Shown piece by piece: positions 9,626-18,280 of a stretch of 34,525 nt of DNA. Location of the stretch: positions 1 through 34,525 of the forward strand of contig CALVZI010000030.1 in NCBI GenBank assembly GCA_944372485.1, written 5' to 3'. Both the position numbers and the translations under genes were made by a program. Position 1 is the first letter of the stretch. The number at the start of each line of letters is the position of its first letter. The stretch comes from an uncultured Bacilli bacterium (GTDB taxonomy: Bacteria; Bacillota_I; Bacilli_A; RF39; UBA660). The notes beneath the pieces are model-generated. The model worked only from the letters and a program-made list of their open reading frames with translations. It was not told where the DNA came from and did no database searches.

Positions 9626-10725
9626 AGAAAATAGTATTTGGAATTACAGGACTTACTTTAGGGGGAGCGGAAAGAGTATTAGTTGATATTGCAAATGCTT
9701 TAGTAGATGAATTTGATATTACTATTTTAACTTTATATGGTAAGGGTGCTTTTAGTAAAGAATTAAATAAAAAAATTCATTTAAAATCAATTTATAAAAT
9801 ACCAAGAGAAGAAATGAATAAAGCTTCTAAATTAAAAGTTTCACTTAATTTACTTAATCCAATTACGCGTAAAAAAATATATAACAAATGGATTAAAGAT
9901 AAATATGATGTTGAAGTTGCTTTTTTAGAAGGACCAATGACTTGGTTATTTTCGGAATCTAGTAAAGCTAAAAAAATAGTTTGGGTTCATAATGATATTA
10001 AAGCTGTTTTTGGTGATGGTTTTAAATCCAAATTAAAAGAAAAAATAAATAAAAAAATGTATGATAAGTATGATGATATTGTTTTTGTATCACAAGATAA
10101 TTTAGAAAAATTTAAAGATTGTTTTAAAGAAAATAATAGTCGTAAACATGTTATTTATAATTATATAAATAAAGATGTTGTGATTAATAAGTCTTTAAAA
10201 GGCAAAGCTTTAGAAATAAAAGATGACTTACCAAGTTTTGTACAAGTATCACGTTTAACTGAGCAAAAAGCAGTTGAAAGATTAGTTGAAGTACACAAAC
10301 ATTTAATAGATGAGAACATTATGCATCGTATTTATATTGTTGGTGATGGACCTTTAAAAGATAGTTTACAAGATAAAATAAATAAATTAAATATAAATGA
10401 TACTTTTATATTATTAGGTTCTAGAACTAATCCATATCCTTATATTAAACGAGGAAATTATTTTTTACTTGCTTCTTATTATGAAGGATATCCAATGGTA
10501 TTATTAGAAGCAAAAGTATTAAATAAAAAAATATTAATTACTGATACAGCTGCTCGCGAAGTTTTAAAAGGTTATGAGAATAGTCTAATTGTAACTAATG
10601 ATAAAGCTGGTATTTATGAAGGTATAAAAGAATTTGTTACAAATAAAAATAAAAGTAAAAAAGTTAAAAGTTTTTCTAATGATGAGATATTAGAAGAAAT
10701 AAAAGAATTGTTAGGTGAGTTATGA
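9622..10725 (+). CDS. Glycosyltransferase family 4 (GT-B)
   Basis: LGGAERVL, VSRLTEQK, NPYPY, SYYEGYPMVLLEA. Confidence 0.92.
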   Translation: MKKIVFGITGLTLGGAERVLVDIANALVDEFDITILTLYGKGAFSKELNKKIHLKSIYKIPREEMNKASKLKVSLNLLNPITRKKIYNKWIKDKYDVEVAFLEGPMTWLFSESSKAKKIVWVHNDIKAVFGDGFKSKLKEKINKKMYDKYDDIVFVSQDNLEKFKDCFKENNSRKHVIYNYINKDVVINKSLKGKALEIKDDLPSFVQVSRLTEQKAVERLVEVHKHLIDENIMHRIYIVGDGPLKDSLQDKINKLNINDTFILLGSRTNPYPYIKRGNYFLLASYYEGYPMVLLEAKVLNKKILITDTAAREVLKGYENSLIVTNDKAGIYEGIKEFVTNKNKSKKVKSFSNDEILEEIKELLGEL

Positions 10726-11615
10726 AAATATCAATTTTAACAGCTACATATAACCGAGAACATTTACTTCCTAAGTTATATAATAGTCTAATAGAGAATA
10801 GTAAAACTTTTACTAACTTTGAATGGTTAATTATGGATGATGGATCTAGTGATAATACAGAAGGATTAGTAAAAGGTTGGATTAAAGAAAATAAGATTAA
10901 AATAAAATATCATAAACAAAAAAATGCTGGTAAAATGGCAGCTATTAATAATTTAAGTAAATATGTAACAGGTGAAATTTGGATTGAAGTAGATAGTGAT
11001 GATTATTTTATAGATGGGGTATTAAAAGATATTTCTAAAGATTATGAAACTTTAGATAAAAAAGCTTATGGAATTTTATATTATCGTAAAATACTTAATG
11101 CAGAAACACCAAAAGATGAAAGTTTAAATAATAAAATTATTTCTTTATATCACTTTCACTATAAATATGGATATACTTATGATACTGCTTTGACTTTTAG
11201 AACTAGTGTTCGTAAAAAGTTTAAATATGAACTAGAACACAATGAAAAATTTATTACGGAAGCTAGAACCTATTATAAAATGGATTTGGATAGGGATGGT
11301 TTATTAATTTCTAATAAAGATATTATGATAGCTAATTATGAAGAAGATGGTTATACAAAAGGTATAGTTAATTTATTTAAAAAATATCCATATGGTTATT
11401 ATGAATTTTTTAAAGAATTACTTAATTACCCTAAGCAAGATATTTTATTTAAACAACGTCTATATATGGTAAAACATTACATTTTATTTAGCGTTTTGAC
11501 AAAAATCGGGTTTACTAAAAGTGTTAAGCATGTTAAAATATTAAAGAATAGAGTGATGGTAATGTTATTATATTTTCCTGGAATGGTAAAAACAAAGATA
11601 AAATTTAGGGGGTAA
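10722..11615 (+). CDS. Glycosyltransferase family 2
   Basis: ILTATYNR, DDGSSD, NAGKMAAIN, VDSDD, EKFITE. Confidence 0.92.
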   Translation: MKISILTATYNREHLLPKLYNSLIENSKTFTNFEWLIMDDGSSDNTEGLVKGWIKENKIKIKYHKQKNAGKMAAINNLSKYVTGEIWIEVDSDDYFIDGVLKDISKDYETLDKKAYGILYYRKILNAETPKDESLNNKIISLYHFHYKYGYTYDTALTFRTSVRKKFKYELEHNEKFITEARTYYKMDLDRDGLLISNKDIMIANYEEDGYTKGIVNLFKKYPYGYYEFFKELLNYPKQDILFKQRLYMVKHYILFSVLTKIGFTKSVKHVKILKNRVMVMLLYFPGMVKTKIKFRG

Positions 11616-11617
11616 TT

Positions 11618-13834
11618 ATGAAAAAGAGTACAAAATCAGTAATGCTTACAATGGGATGTTTATATTGTGGAATGACTTCTGTTAATGCTTTAGAAAGTAA
11701 TACTAATGAAGTTTCCAAAAGTACAGTAGAAACTGCTGAAACAAAAACTTTAACAACATCAGCTCCAAAAACTGGTTGGACTACAATTAATGGGGATACC
11801 TATTATATTAATCCGGATGGTAGTAAGTATACCGGTTTTTTAGAGTGGGAAGGTAATACTTATTTCTTTAGTCGTGTTGATGGTAAAATGCGTACTGGTT
11901 ATTTTTCAATTGATTATAACAATTATTATTTTGATAATGATGGAAAAATGTTAACAGGTTGGCAAACAATAAATAAAAAAACATATTATTTTGATCAAGA
12001 CGGAAAACAACATTATGGATTCTTAAAACTAGATGATGGAACATATTTCTTAAGTAGAGTAGATGGAACAAAAAGAACAGGATATTTCTCAATAGATTAT
12101 GTAAATTATTATTTTGACAACAATGGAAAAATGCTAACAGGTTGGCAAACAATAAATAAAAAAACATATTATTTTGATCAAGACGGAAAACAACATTATG
12201 GATTCTTAAAACTTAGTGATGGAACATATTTCTTAAGTAGAGTAGACGGAACAAAAAGAACAGGATATTTTTCAATTGATTATGAGAATTATTATTTTGA
12301 TAATGATGGAAAAATGTTAACAGGTTGGCAAACGATAGATAATAAAACATTTTATTTTGATCAAAATGGGAAACAACATTATGGATTCTTGAAACTAGAT
12401 GATGGAACATATTTCTTAAGTAGAGTAGATGGAACAAAAAGAACAGGATATTTCTCAATAGATTATGTAAATTATTATTTTGACAACAATGGAAAAATGT
12501 TAACAGGTTGGCAAACAATAAATAAAAAAACATATTATTTTGATCAAAACGGAAAACAACATTATGGATTCTTAAAACTAGATGATGGAACATATTTTTT
12601 AAGTAGAGTAGATGGAACAAAAAGAACAGGATATTTCTCAATAGATTATATAAATTATTATTTTGATAGTAATGGTAAAATGCAAACTGGTATTCAAACA
12701 GTTAAAGGTAAAAAATATTTCTTTAATAGTGAAGGAAAACAAGTTAATGGTTTGCAAAAATGGAATGGACACTATTATTTCTTTAGTCGTGTAAATAATG
12801 AAATGCGTACTGGTTTATTTCAAATAGATTATGTATTACATTATTTTAAGGAAGATGGTACTGCTTATAATGGTATTTATACTAAGGGAAAGGATAAATA
12901 TTATTTTGATAGTAAGGGTGCTATTAAAAATGGTTTCCAAAAAGTTGATGGTAAGACATATTTCTTTAGTAGGGTAGACTTTAGAATGCGTTTTGGATGG
13001 GTGTTTGTTGATGGCTATAAATATTATTTAGATAAAACAACTGGTGAAGTACATACGGGAATATATCGTGTTGATGGTATTGATTATAAATTTGATAGTG
13101 CTGGACGATTACAAACAGGTTGGCTTGAAAGTGATGGAAAAACTTACTATTTAAATGCCTATGGAGAAAAAGTTGTCGATTGGCAATGGATTGAAGGGGA
13201 AAAATGTTTCTTTAATTCACTTGGTGTTTTAATAAAAAAGAATGCTAAATATATTATTGATGTTTCAACACATCAAGGTAAAATAGATTGGGGTAAAGTA
13301 AAAAATGCTGATATGATTGATGGAGTTATTCTCCGAATCGGTTATGGAAGTTATTATGAAGATGGACAAGTTGCAGCTAATATCAAAGCTTTAAAACGTT
13401 TAAATATTCCATATGGTGTATATTTGTTTAGTTATGCAGAAAATAAAAGTGAAGCATTAAAAGAGTCAAAAAATATGTTAAATATTATCAAAAAATATGA
13501 TATGAAACCTACATTAGGAGTTTATTATGATATTGAATCTTGGGAATTATCAAATGCTAGTTCAAGTAATATTACAACTGCTAAATATGATGAGATAATA
13601 ACAACATTTGTTAATAATATGCATAATTCAGGTTATAAGGATACTTATGTATATACAGATTTAAATCATATAAGGAATATCTTAAGTACTAATATGCGTA
13701 AATATATTAGATGGGTTGCTCAATATAATCATTATTGTAATTATGATGGTGAATATTTTATGTGGCAATATTCTAGTAGTGAAAGAATTCCAGGTATTAG
13801 TACTAATGTTGATGGAAATGTTTGGTTTAAGTAG
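11618..13834 (+). CDS. Secreted GH25 muramidase with choline/glucan-binding-type cell-wall-binding repeats
   Basis: Signal peptide (..SVNA), many ~20-aa YYF..G.M.TGW repeats, C-terminal GH25 motifs IDVSTHQGKIDW, YYDIE, WQYSS, NVDGN. Confidence 0.9.
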   Translation: MKKSTKSVMLTMGCLYCGMTSVNALESNTNEVSKSTVETAETKTLTTSAPKTGWTTINGDTYYINPDGSKYTGFLEWEGNTYFFSRVDGKMRTGYFSIDYNNYYFDNDGKMLTGWQTINKKTYYFDQDGKQHYGFLKLDDGTYFLSRVDGTKRTGYFSIDYVNYYFDNNGKMLTGWQTINKKTYYFDQDGKQHYGFLKLSDGTYFLSRVDGTKRTGYFSIDYENYYFDNDGKMLTGWQTIDNKTFYFDQNGKQHYGFLKLDDGTYFLSRVDGTKRTGYFSIDYVNYYFDNNGKMLTGWQTINKKTYYFDQNGKQHYGFLKLDDGTYFLSRVDGTKRTGYFSIDYINYYFDSNGKMQTGIQTVKGKKYFFNSEGKQVNGLQKWNGHYYFFSRVNNEMRTGLFQIDYVLHYFKEDGTAYNGIYTKGKDKYYFDSKGAIKNGFQKVDGKTYFFSRVDFRMRFGWVFVDGYKYYLDKTTGEVHTGIYRVDGIDYKFDSAGRLQTGWLESDGKTYYLNAYGEKVVDWQWIEGEKCFFNSLGVLIKKNAKYIIDVSTHQGKIDWGKVKNADMIDGVILRIGYGSYYEDGQVAANIKALKRLNIPYGVYLFSYAENKSEALKESKNMLNIIKKYDMKPTLGVYYDIESWELSNASSSNITTAKYDEIITTFVNNMHNSGYKDTYVYTDLNHIRNILSTNMRKYIRWVAQYNHYCNYDGEYFMWQYSSSERIPGISTNVDGNVWFK
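11890..12690 (+). repeat. Intragenic tandem repeat, 183-bp (61-aa) unit, about 4.4 copies
   Basis: AAGTAGAGTAGA(T/C)GGAACAAAAAGAACAGGATATTT recurs at 12052, 12235, 12418 and 12601 (period 183). Array ends are approximate. Confidence 0.95.
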
Positions 13835-13888
13835 GAAAAAGCTTGAAATAACTAAATAAAATATGTTATATTTTAACTAGGTGGTAGT

Positions 13889-15028
13889 ATGACAGCAACT
13901 GTGAATAAGGATAGAAAATCAAATTTTGAATTAATGCGTATAATATCAATGTTTATGATTATATTATGGCATTATATAATGCATACAGATTTATTATCAA
14001 AAACAGATGGAACTTTACATTTGTTTTTAGATATACTTTATGTTTCAACTGCGGTTCATGTAAATTCATTTATATTGTTAACAGGTTATTTTAATTATAA
14101 TAAAGAGTTTAAAATAAAAAAAATAATTCCTTTAATAACTGCCACTTGGTTTTATAAAGCTGTATTTGCTTTAATATTTTCGATATTATCGTTAGCAGCT
14201 ATTTCTAAGTTTGATTTATTATTATTTTTATTACCATTAAATTACTCTTATCGTTTTGGAAACTTTTATTGGTTTATAAATATTTATATAGCTTTATATT
14301 TATTAAGTCCTTTTATAAATATTTTAATAAAAAATATAAATCAAAAACAACATCGGCTATTATTGCTTTTATCTTTCTTTTTGTTATCAGTAATACCTTA
14401 TATTACAAAACAACAAGTAATAGATAATAGTGGTTATAGTGTTATGTCATTTGTCTTTATTTACTTAATTGGATCTTATTTTGGTAAATATAAAATAAAA
14501 GATAATTTACACTTTAAAAATTATTCAAGATATAAAAGACAATTAATATTCTTAATATCACTAATTACAATAATAATTATTAATGCTTTATTAATTTGTA
14601 CAAGTTCTTATATAAGTAATTTTAATAATAGTTTTTTAACTTATATTAATGATGTAATACTAACTGGTAAAGTTAATTTTACAAGTCCACTAATTATTAT
14701 AGAAAGTGTTTGTTATTTATTATTATTTGAAACATTTAAATTTAAAAATAAATTAATAAATAATTGGGCAAAACTTATGTTTGGAGTATATTTAGTACAT
14801 GAGAATAATTTCTTATTTAATTATATTTATGATTATTTACCATTAGGTAAAGAAAATTATGTAAGTGGTTATAAAGTATTACTAATATTATTTGGAATGT
14901 GTTTATTAATATTAATTATTTCTAGTATTATTGAATTATTAAGACAATTATTATTTAAATTTATGAATAAGCGAAAGTTTATTATAAACATTCAAAATAA
15001 AATTAAACATTATGTAGAATCTTTTTAG
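13889..15028 (+). CDS. Acyltransferase family 3 (OafA-like O-acetyltransferase)
   Basis: RKSNFELMRIISMFMIILWH, VNSFILLTGYF, YWFI..Y, FGVYLVH; about 10 TM segments. Confidence 0.9.
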   Translation: MTATVNKDRKSNFELMRIISMFMIILWHYIMHTDLLSKTDGTLHLFLDILYVSTAVHVNSFILLTGYFNYNKEFKIKKIIPLITATWFYKAVFALIFSILSLAAISKFDLLLFLLPLNYSYRFGNFYWFINIYIALYLLSPFINILIKNINQKQHRLLLLLSFFLLSVIPYITKQQVIDNSGYSVMSFVFIYLIGSYFGKYKIKDNLHFKNYSRYKRQLIFLISLITIIIINALLICTSSYISNFNNSFLTYINDVILTGKVNFTSPLIIIESVCYLLLFETFKFKNKLINNWAKLMFGVYLVHENNFLFNYIYDYLPLGKENYVSGYKVLLILFGMCLLILIISSIIELLRQLLFKFMNKRKFIINIQNKIKHYVESF

Positions 15029-15050
15029 TGAAATCTAAAAAGATTTTTTT
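15018..15050 (+). terminator. Intrinsic terminator
   Basis: AATCTTTTTAG-tgaaat-CTAAAAAGATT followed by a T run. Confidence 0.65.
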
Positions 15051-15130
15051 GTAATATACTATTTTTAAATAAACTAATTTAATAGTAAAAATAAGACAAA
15101 TATCTTAACAAAATTTTACATTAATCTCTA

Positions 15131-15159
15131 TTGACAAAACATACCTTTTAACTTAGAAT
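15131..15159 (+). promoter_or_regulatory. Sigma-A promoter of the putative DGR target gene
   Basis: TTGACA (15131-15136), 17-nt spacer, TAGAAT (15154-15159); RBS GGGAG upstream of ATG15182. Confidence 0.75.
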
Positions 15160-15181
15160 TAATAATAGGGAGATGATATAA

Positions 15182-16987
15182 ATGAGAATGTCTACAAGAA
15201 AGAGAAAAAATATTATTATTGTAATATTACTCGTAATGGTAGTAGGAATGACTATAGCTTATTCAGCATTAAGCCAGTATCTAACAATAAATGGTACATC
15301 AAGTATTACTAGTGATTTTAAAGTAGTATTTACTGATATACAGGAAGGAACAATGAATTCTGCAACTACAGTTAATAAAGAAATAACAGCTCCAACAACA
15401 GCAACTTTCCAAGTAAATTTAAAAAAACCAGGAAGCAGTGCTGAATATAATGTAACAGTGCAAAATCAAGGTAAGTTAGATGCATACTTAGAAAGCATAG
15501 AAGGAATAGATGAAGCAAATGAAAAAGCTCCAACAGATATAACTTTTAAAATAAGTGGAATAACAAGATATACAAAATTACAAGTAAATGAATCGAAAAC
15601 ATTTAAAGTAATAGTAACATTTGATTCTAGTGCAACAAGCTTGCCTTCTGAATCGAAGCAATTAACACTAAAACTTAATTTTGCTCAAGATAGTGGAAAT
15701 GCTCCAGAACCTGAACCAGAGCAACAAACAGTAACAGAAATAACTAATACATTATTAAGTAGTGGTACAACCTATAATTATTTAGATGGAACATATCTAA
15801 AAGGTAAACCAACTACAAACTATGTATGGTTTAATGGATTTATGTGGCGAATCATGGGAGTGAATGCAGATGGAAGTATTCGCATGATAACAGAAGAAAA
15901 TGTAACAACAATCCCACGGGGAGCAAAAGATACTGCAGAACAATATGATAGTAGTTATGTAAATGATTGGTTAAATAATTATTTTTATTCAAAATTAAAA
16001 AATAAAGAATGGTTAGTACAACAAACATGGTGTAGTGAAACAACAGAAGATGATACATCAGCCCGAACAACATGTTCAAAAAATTTATCACAAATACCAC
16101 AATATGTAGGTTTACTATCAATAGATGAATATAATTTAGCAAGTAACTCATCAAGTTATTTAGTAAATTCACAAATATTTTGGACATTAACGCCATATAG
16201 TGCTTCAGATGCTTGGGACGTGTACAGCGATGGCTATGCGAGCAATTATTCTGTGTCTTATGCGCGCGGGCTTCGTCCAGTTATAAATGTCTCATCTGAA
16301 ATAACCATTACCGGAGGTAATGGTACTCTAACGGATCCATATATGTTCGAAGATAAGAGTAGTAGTGTAACAGGAACATTAAAAGATAATAGTCAAATAG
16401 GAGAATATGTAACATATGCTGGAAGAAATTATAGAGTAGTAGAAACAGGGACAAGTGGAACAAAATTAATACTTGATGGATATTATGATAGTGATAATAA
16501 TGGAACAATAGATTCATCAGATAAAATGGCATATGGAACAAACTGTACATTGTGTACAACAATAAATGAAGATACTTTCTTAAATTGGTTAAGTAATAAT
16601 GATGAAACTGAAAAAGCTAAACTTGCAAGTACAACATGGTATCGAGGAGATTATTGGACTGATGGTAATTATAAAACGAATTTAGAAAGTATAAGTAATT
16701 CATATAATGGAAGTGTAGGGTTGATTCGAGTAGGAGAAATGTTATCTGGGCAAAGTGAAACAATACTTTCAAAAAACCATACCGTAACAAATAGTTATAA
16801 TAATGCAGTAACATATTGGACTGCAACACCATATAGTGCTTCCTATGCTTGGCGCGTGAGCTACTTTGGCGATGCGTCCATTACTTCTGTGTCTTATGCG
16901 AACGGGCTTCGTCCAGTTATAAATATCTCATCTAAAATAACCATTACCGGAGGTAATGGTACTCCAAATTCACCATATGAGATATAA
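15182..16987 (+). CDS. Exported surface protein: signal/anchor, beta-rich stalk, PEPEPE linker and two tandem DUF6273/CLec-like domains; putative DGR target with two variable regions
   Basis: Basic-hydrophobic N-terminus ending in AYSALSQYLTING. Two domains each end W(T)xTPYSAS.AW.V...G.A.....S.A.GLRPVIN.SS.ITITGGNGT...PY. Confidence 0.85.
   Translation: MRMSTRKRKNIIIVILLVMVVGMTIAYSALSQYLTINGTSSITSDFKVVFTDIQEGTMNSATTVNKEITAPTTATFQVNLKKPGSSAEYNVTVQNQGKLDAYLESIEGIDEANEKAPTDITFKISGITRYTKLQVNESKTFKVIVTFDSSATSLPSESKQLTLKLNFAQDSGNAPEPEPEQQTVTEITNTLLSSGTTYNYLDGTYLKGKPTTNYVWFNGFMWRIMGVNADGSIRMITEENVTTIPRGAKDTAEQYDSSYVNDWLNNYFYSKLKNKEWLVQQTWCSETTEDDTSARTTCSKNLSQIPQYVGLLSIDEYNLASNSSSYLVNSQIFWTLTPYSASDAWDVYSDGYASNYSVSYARGLRPVINVSSEITITGGNGTLTDPYMFEDKSSSVTGTLKDNSQIGEYVTYAGRNYRVVETGTSGTKLILDGYYDSDNNGTIDSSDKMAYGTNCTLCTTINEDTFLNWLSNNDETEKAKLASTTWYRGDYWTDGNYKTNLESISNSYNGSVGLIRVGEMLSGQSETILSKNHTVTNSYNNAVTYWTATPYSASYAWRVSYFGDASITSVSYANGLRPVINISSKITITGGNGTPNSPYEI
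16205..16279 (+). repeat. Variable-region-like cassette VR-B1 (internal)
   Basis: Differs from 16841-16915 at 18 positions; 17 are codon positions 1-2 of NNC/NNT codons. Confidence 0.85.
16841..16915 (+). repeat. Variable-region-like cassette VR-B2 (C-terminal)
   Basis: Same fixed scaffold as VR-B1 (GCT TGG nnC GTG nnC nnC nnT GGC nAT GCG nnC AnT nnT TCT GTG TCT TAT GCG nnC GGG CTT CGT CCA), 636 nt downstream of it. Confidence 0.85.
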
Positions 16988-17019
16988 GGAAGTTGAAACG
17001 ATAATAATAAATAAGTAAT

Positions 17020-17059
17020 CCCCCACGTGGCGTATTTGCCACAGCGGGTGCTTTTTTTT
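17020..17059 (+). terminator. GC-rich hairpin / intrinsic terminator after the putative DGR target
   Basis: GTGGC-gtattt-GCCAC core, extendable with CCC/GGG, followed by T8. Confidence 0.7.
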
Positions 17060-17077
17060 GTTTTAATTAGGTTTTGT

Positions 17078-17106
17078 TTGACTTAAATAATATTTATATA
17101 TATAAT
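17078..17106 (+). promoter_or_regulatory. Sigma-A promoter
   Basis: TTGACT-N17-TATAAT upstream of ATG17124. Confidence 0.7.
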
Positions 17107-17123
17107 TAATTTGGTGATATTGT

Positions 17124-18209
17124 ATGAAAAAGTTAATATTCTTTGCTTATGATTTAAATGTAGGTGGGATTGAAAAAGCTTTAGTTGAATTATTAAAACA
17201 TATAGATTATAAAAAATATGAGGTTACTTTGGTATTAGAAAAAAAAGATGGGCCTTTATTAAAAGAAATACCTAGTTGTATTAAAGTAATGGAATATAAA
17301 GTTAGTAATAATAAAATTGTAATAGTTAGAAAAGTTTGTAATTTGATTAAAAGAATAAAGTTTATGTTTAAATATAAAAATAAATTTGATTATTCTTGTA
17401 GTTATGCAACATATTCAATTCCTGGTGCAGTTTTAAGTAAGATTGCTTCAAATAATTCAAGTTTATATGTTCATAGTGCTTATGAATTAGCTTTTAAAAA
17501 TAAAGATGATTATATTAACTTTTTTAATGGTTTGGGTGTAACTGGTTTTAAACATATTATATTTGTTTCTAATGAATCAAGAGAGTATTTTAATAAAGTT
17601 TTTACTGGTGTTAAAACTTTAACTTGTAATAATTTTATTAATGAAGATAAGATAAAAGAAATGTCTTTAGAGAGTATTAATTTAAAAAAGAAAGCTAAGT
17701 TTCTATTTACTTTTGTTGGTCGTTTAGATGAAAGTTCTAAACGTATTACTAAATTAATTAAGTTAATTAAATATTTAAAAGATTGTGGTATATCTATTGA
17801 ACTTTGGATTGTTGGTGATGGCCCAGATTATAATTTATATAAAGATTTGGTTAGTAAATATAAATTAGAAAGTGAAATAACTTTTGTTGGTATGAAATCT
17901 AATCCATATCCTTATATCAAAAAAGCAGATTATATCATTTTAACTTCTGATTATGAAGGATTTCCTATGGTTTACAATGAAGCAATTATTTTAAATACTA
18001 AAATATTAACAACAATTAATATTAGTGATGATTATATTTCAATACCAAATAATTTTGGTTATATTATTTCTAAAGATGAAGAAAAAATGGGTAAAGAAGT
18101 TTTAAATATTTTAAAGTCTGATAGTTTAGAAATTAAAAAAATTAGTTATAAAAATATTAATAAAGAAAAAGTAAAATTATTGGAAAATATTTTTGATGAT
18201 ATTATGTAA
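17124..18209 (+). CDS. Glycosyltransferase family 4 (GT-B)
   Basis: VGGIEKAL, FVGRLDESSK, NPYPY, SDYEGFPMVYNEA; paralogous to 9622-10725. Confidence 0.92.
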   Translation: MKKLIFFAYDLNVGGIEKALVELLKHIDYKKYEVTLVLEKKDGPLLKEIPSCIKVMEYKVSNNKIVIVRKVCNLIKRIKFMFKYKNKFDYSCSYATYSIPGAVLSKIASNNSSLYVHSAYELAFKNKDDYINFFNGLGVTGFKHIIFVSNESREYFNKVFTGVKTLTCNNFINEDKIKEMSLESINLKKKAKFLFTFVGRLDESSKRITKLIKLIKYLKDCGISIELWIVGDGPDYNLYKDLVSKYKLESEITFVGMKSNPYPYIKKADYIILTSDYEGFPMVYNEAIILNTKILTTINISDDYISIPNNFGYIISKDEEKMGKEVLNILKSDSLEIKKISYKNINKEKVKLLENIFDDIM

Positions 18210-18235
18210 ATTAGAGCTTAAAGCTTTAATTTTTT
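18208..18235 (+). terminator. Possible intrinsic terminator
   Basis: AAATTAGAGCT..AGCTTTAATTT stem followed by a T run. Confidence 0.5.
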
Positions 18236-18280
18236 CTTTATATTTGGTATAATTAAAAGGTAGAAAAAAGGAGAGTTAGT

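Noticed and set aside
11868-12641. Repetitive minus-strand ORFs, and a possible CRISPR reading of the repeats
   Set aside because: Antisense to the in-frame 183-bp coding repeat; there are no unique spacers and no cas genes.
11618-13834. GH25 lysin as evidence of a prophage
   Set aside because: It has a signal peptide, is packed into the glycan operon, and no holin or phage structural genes are nearby.
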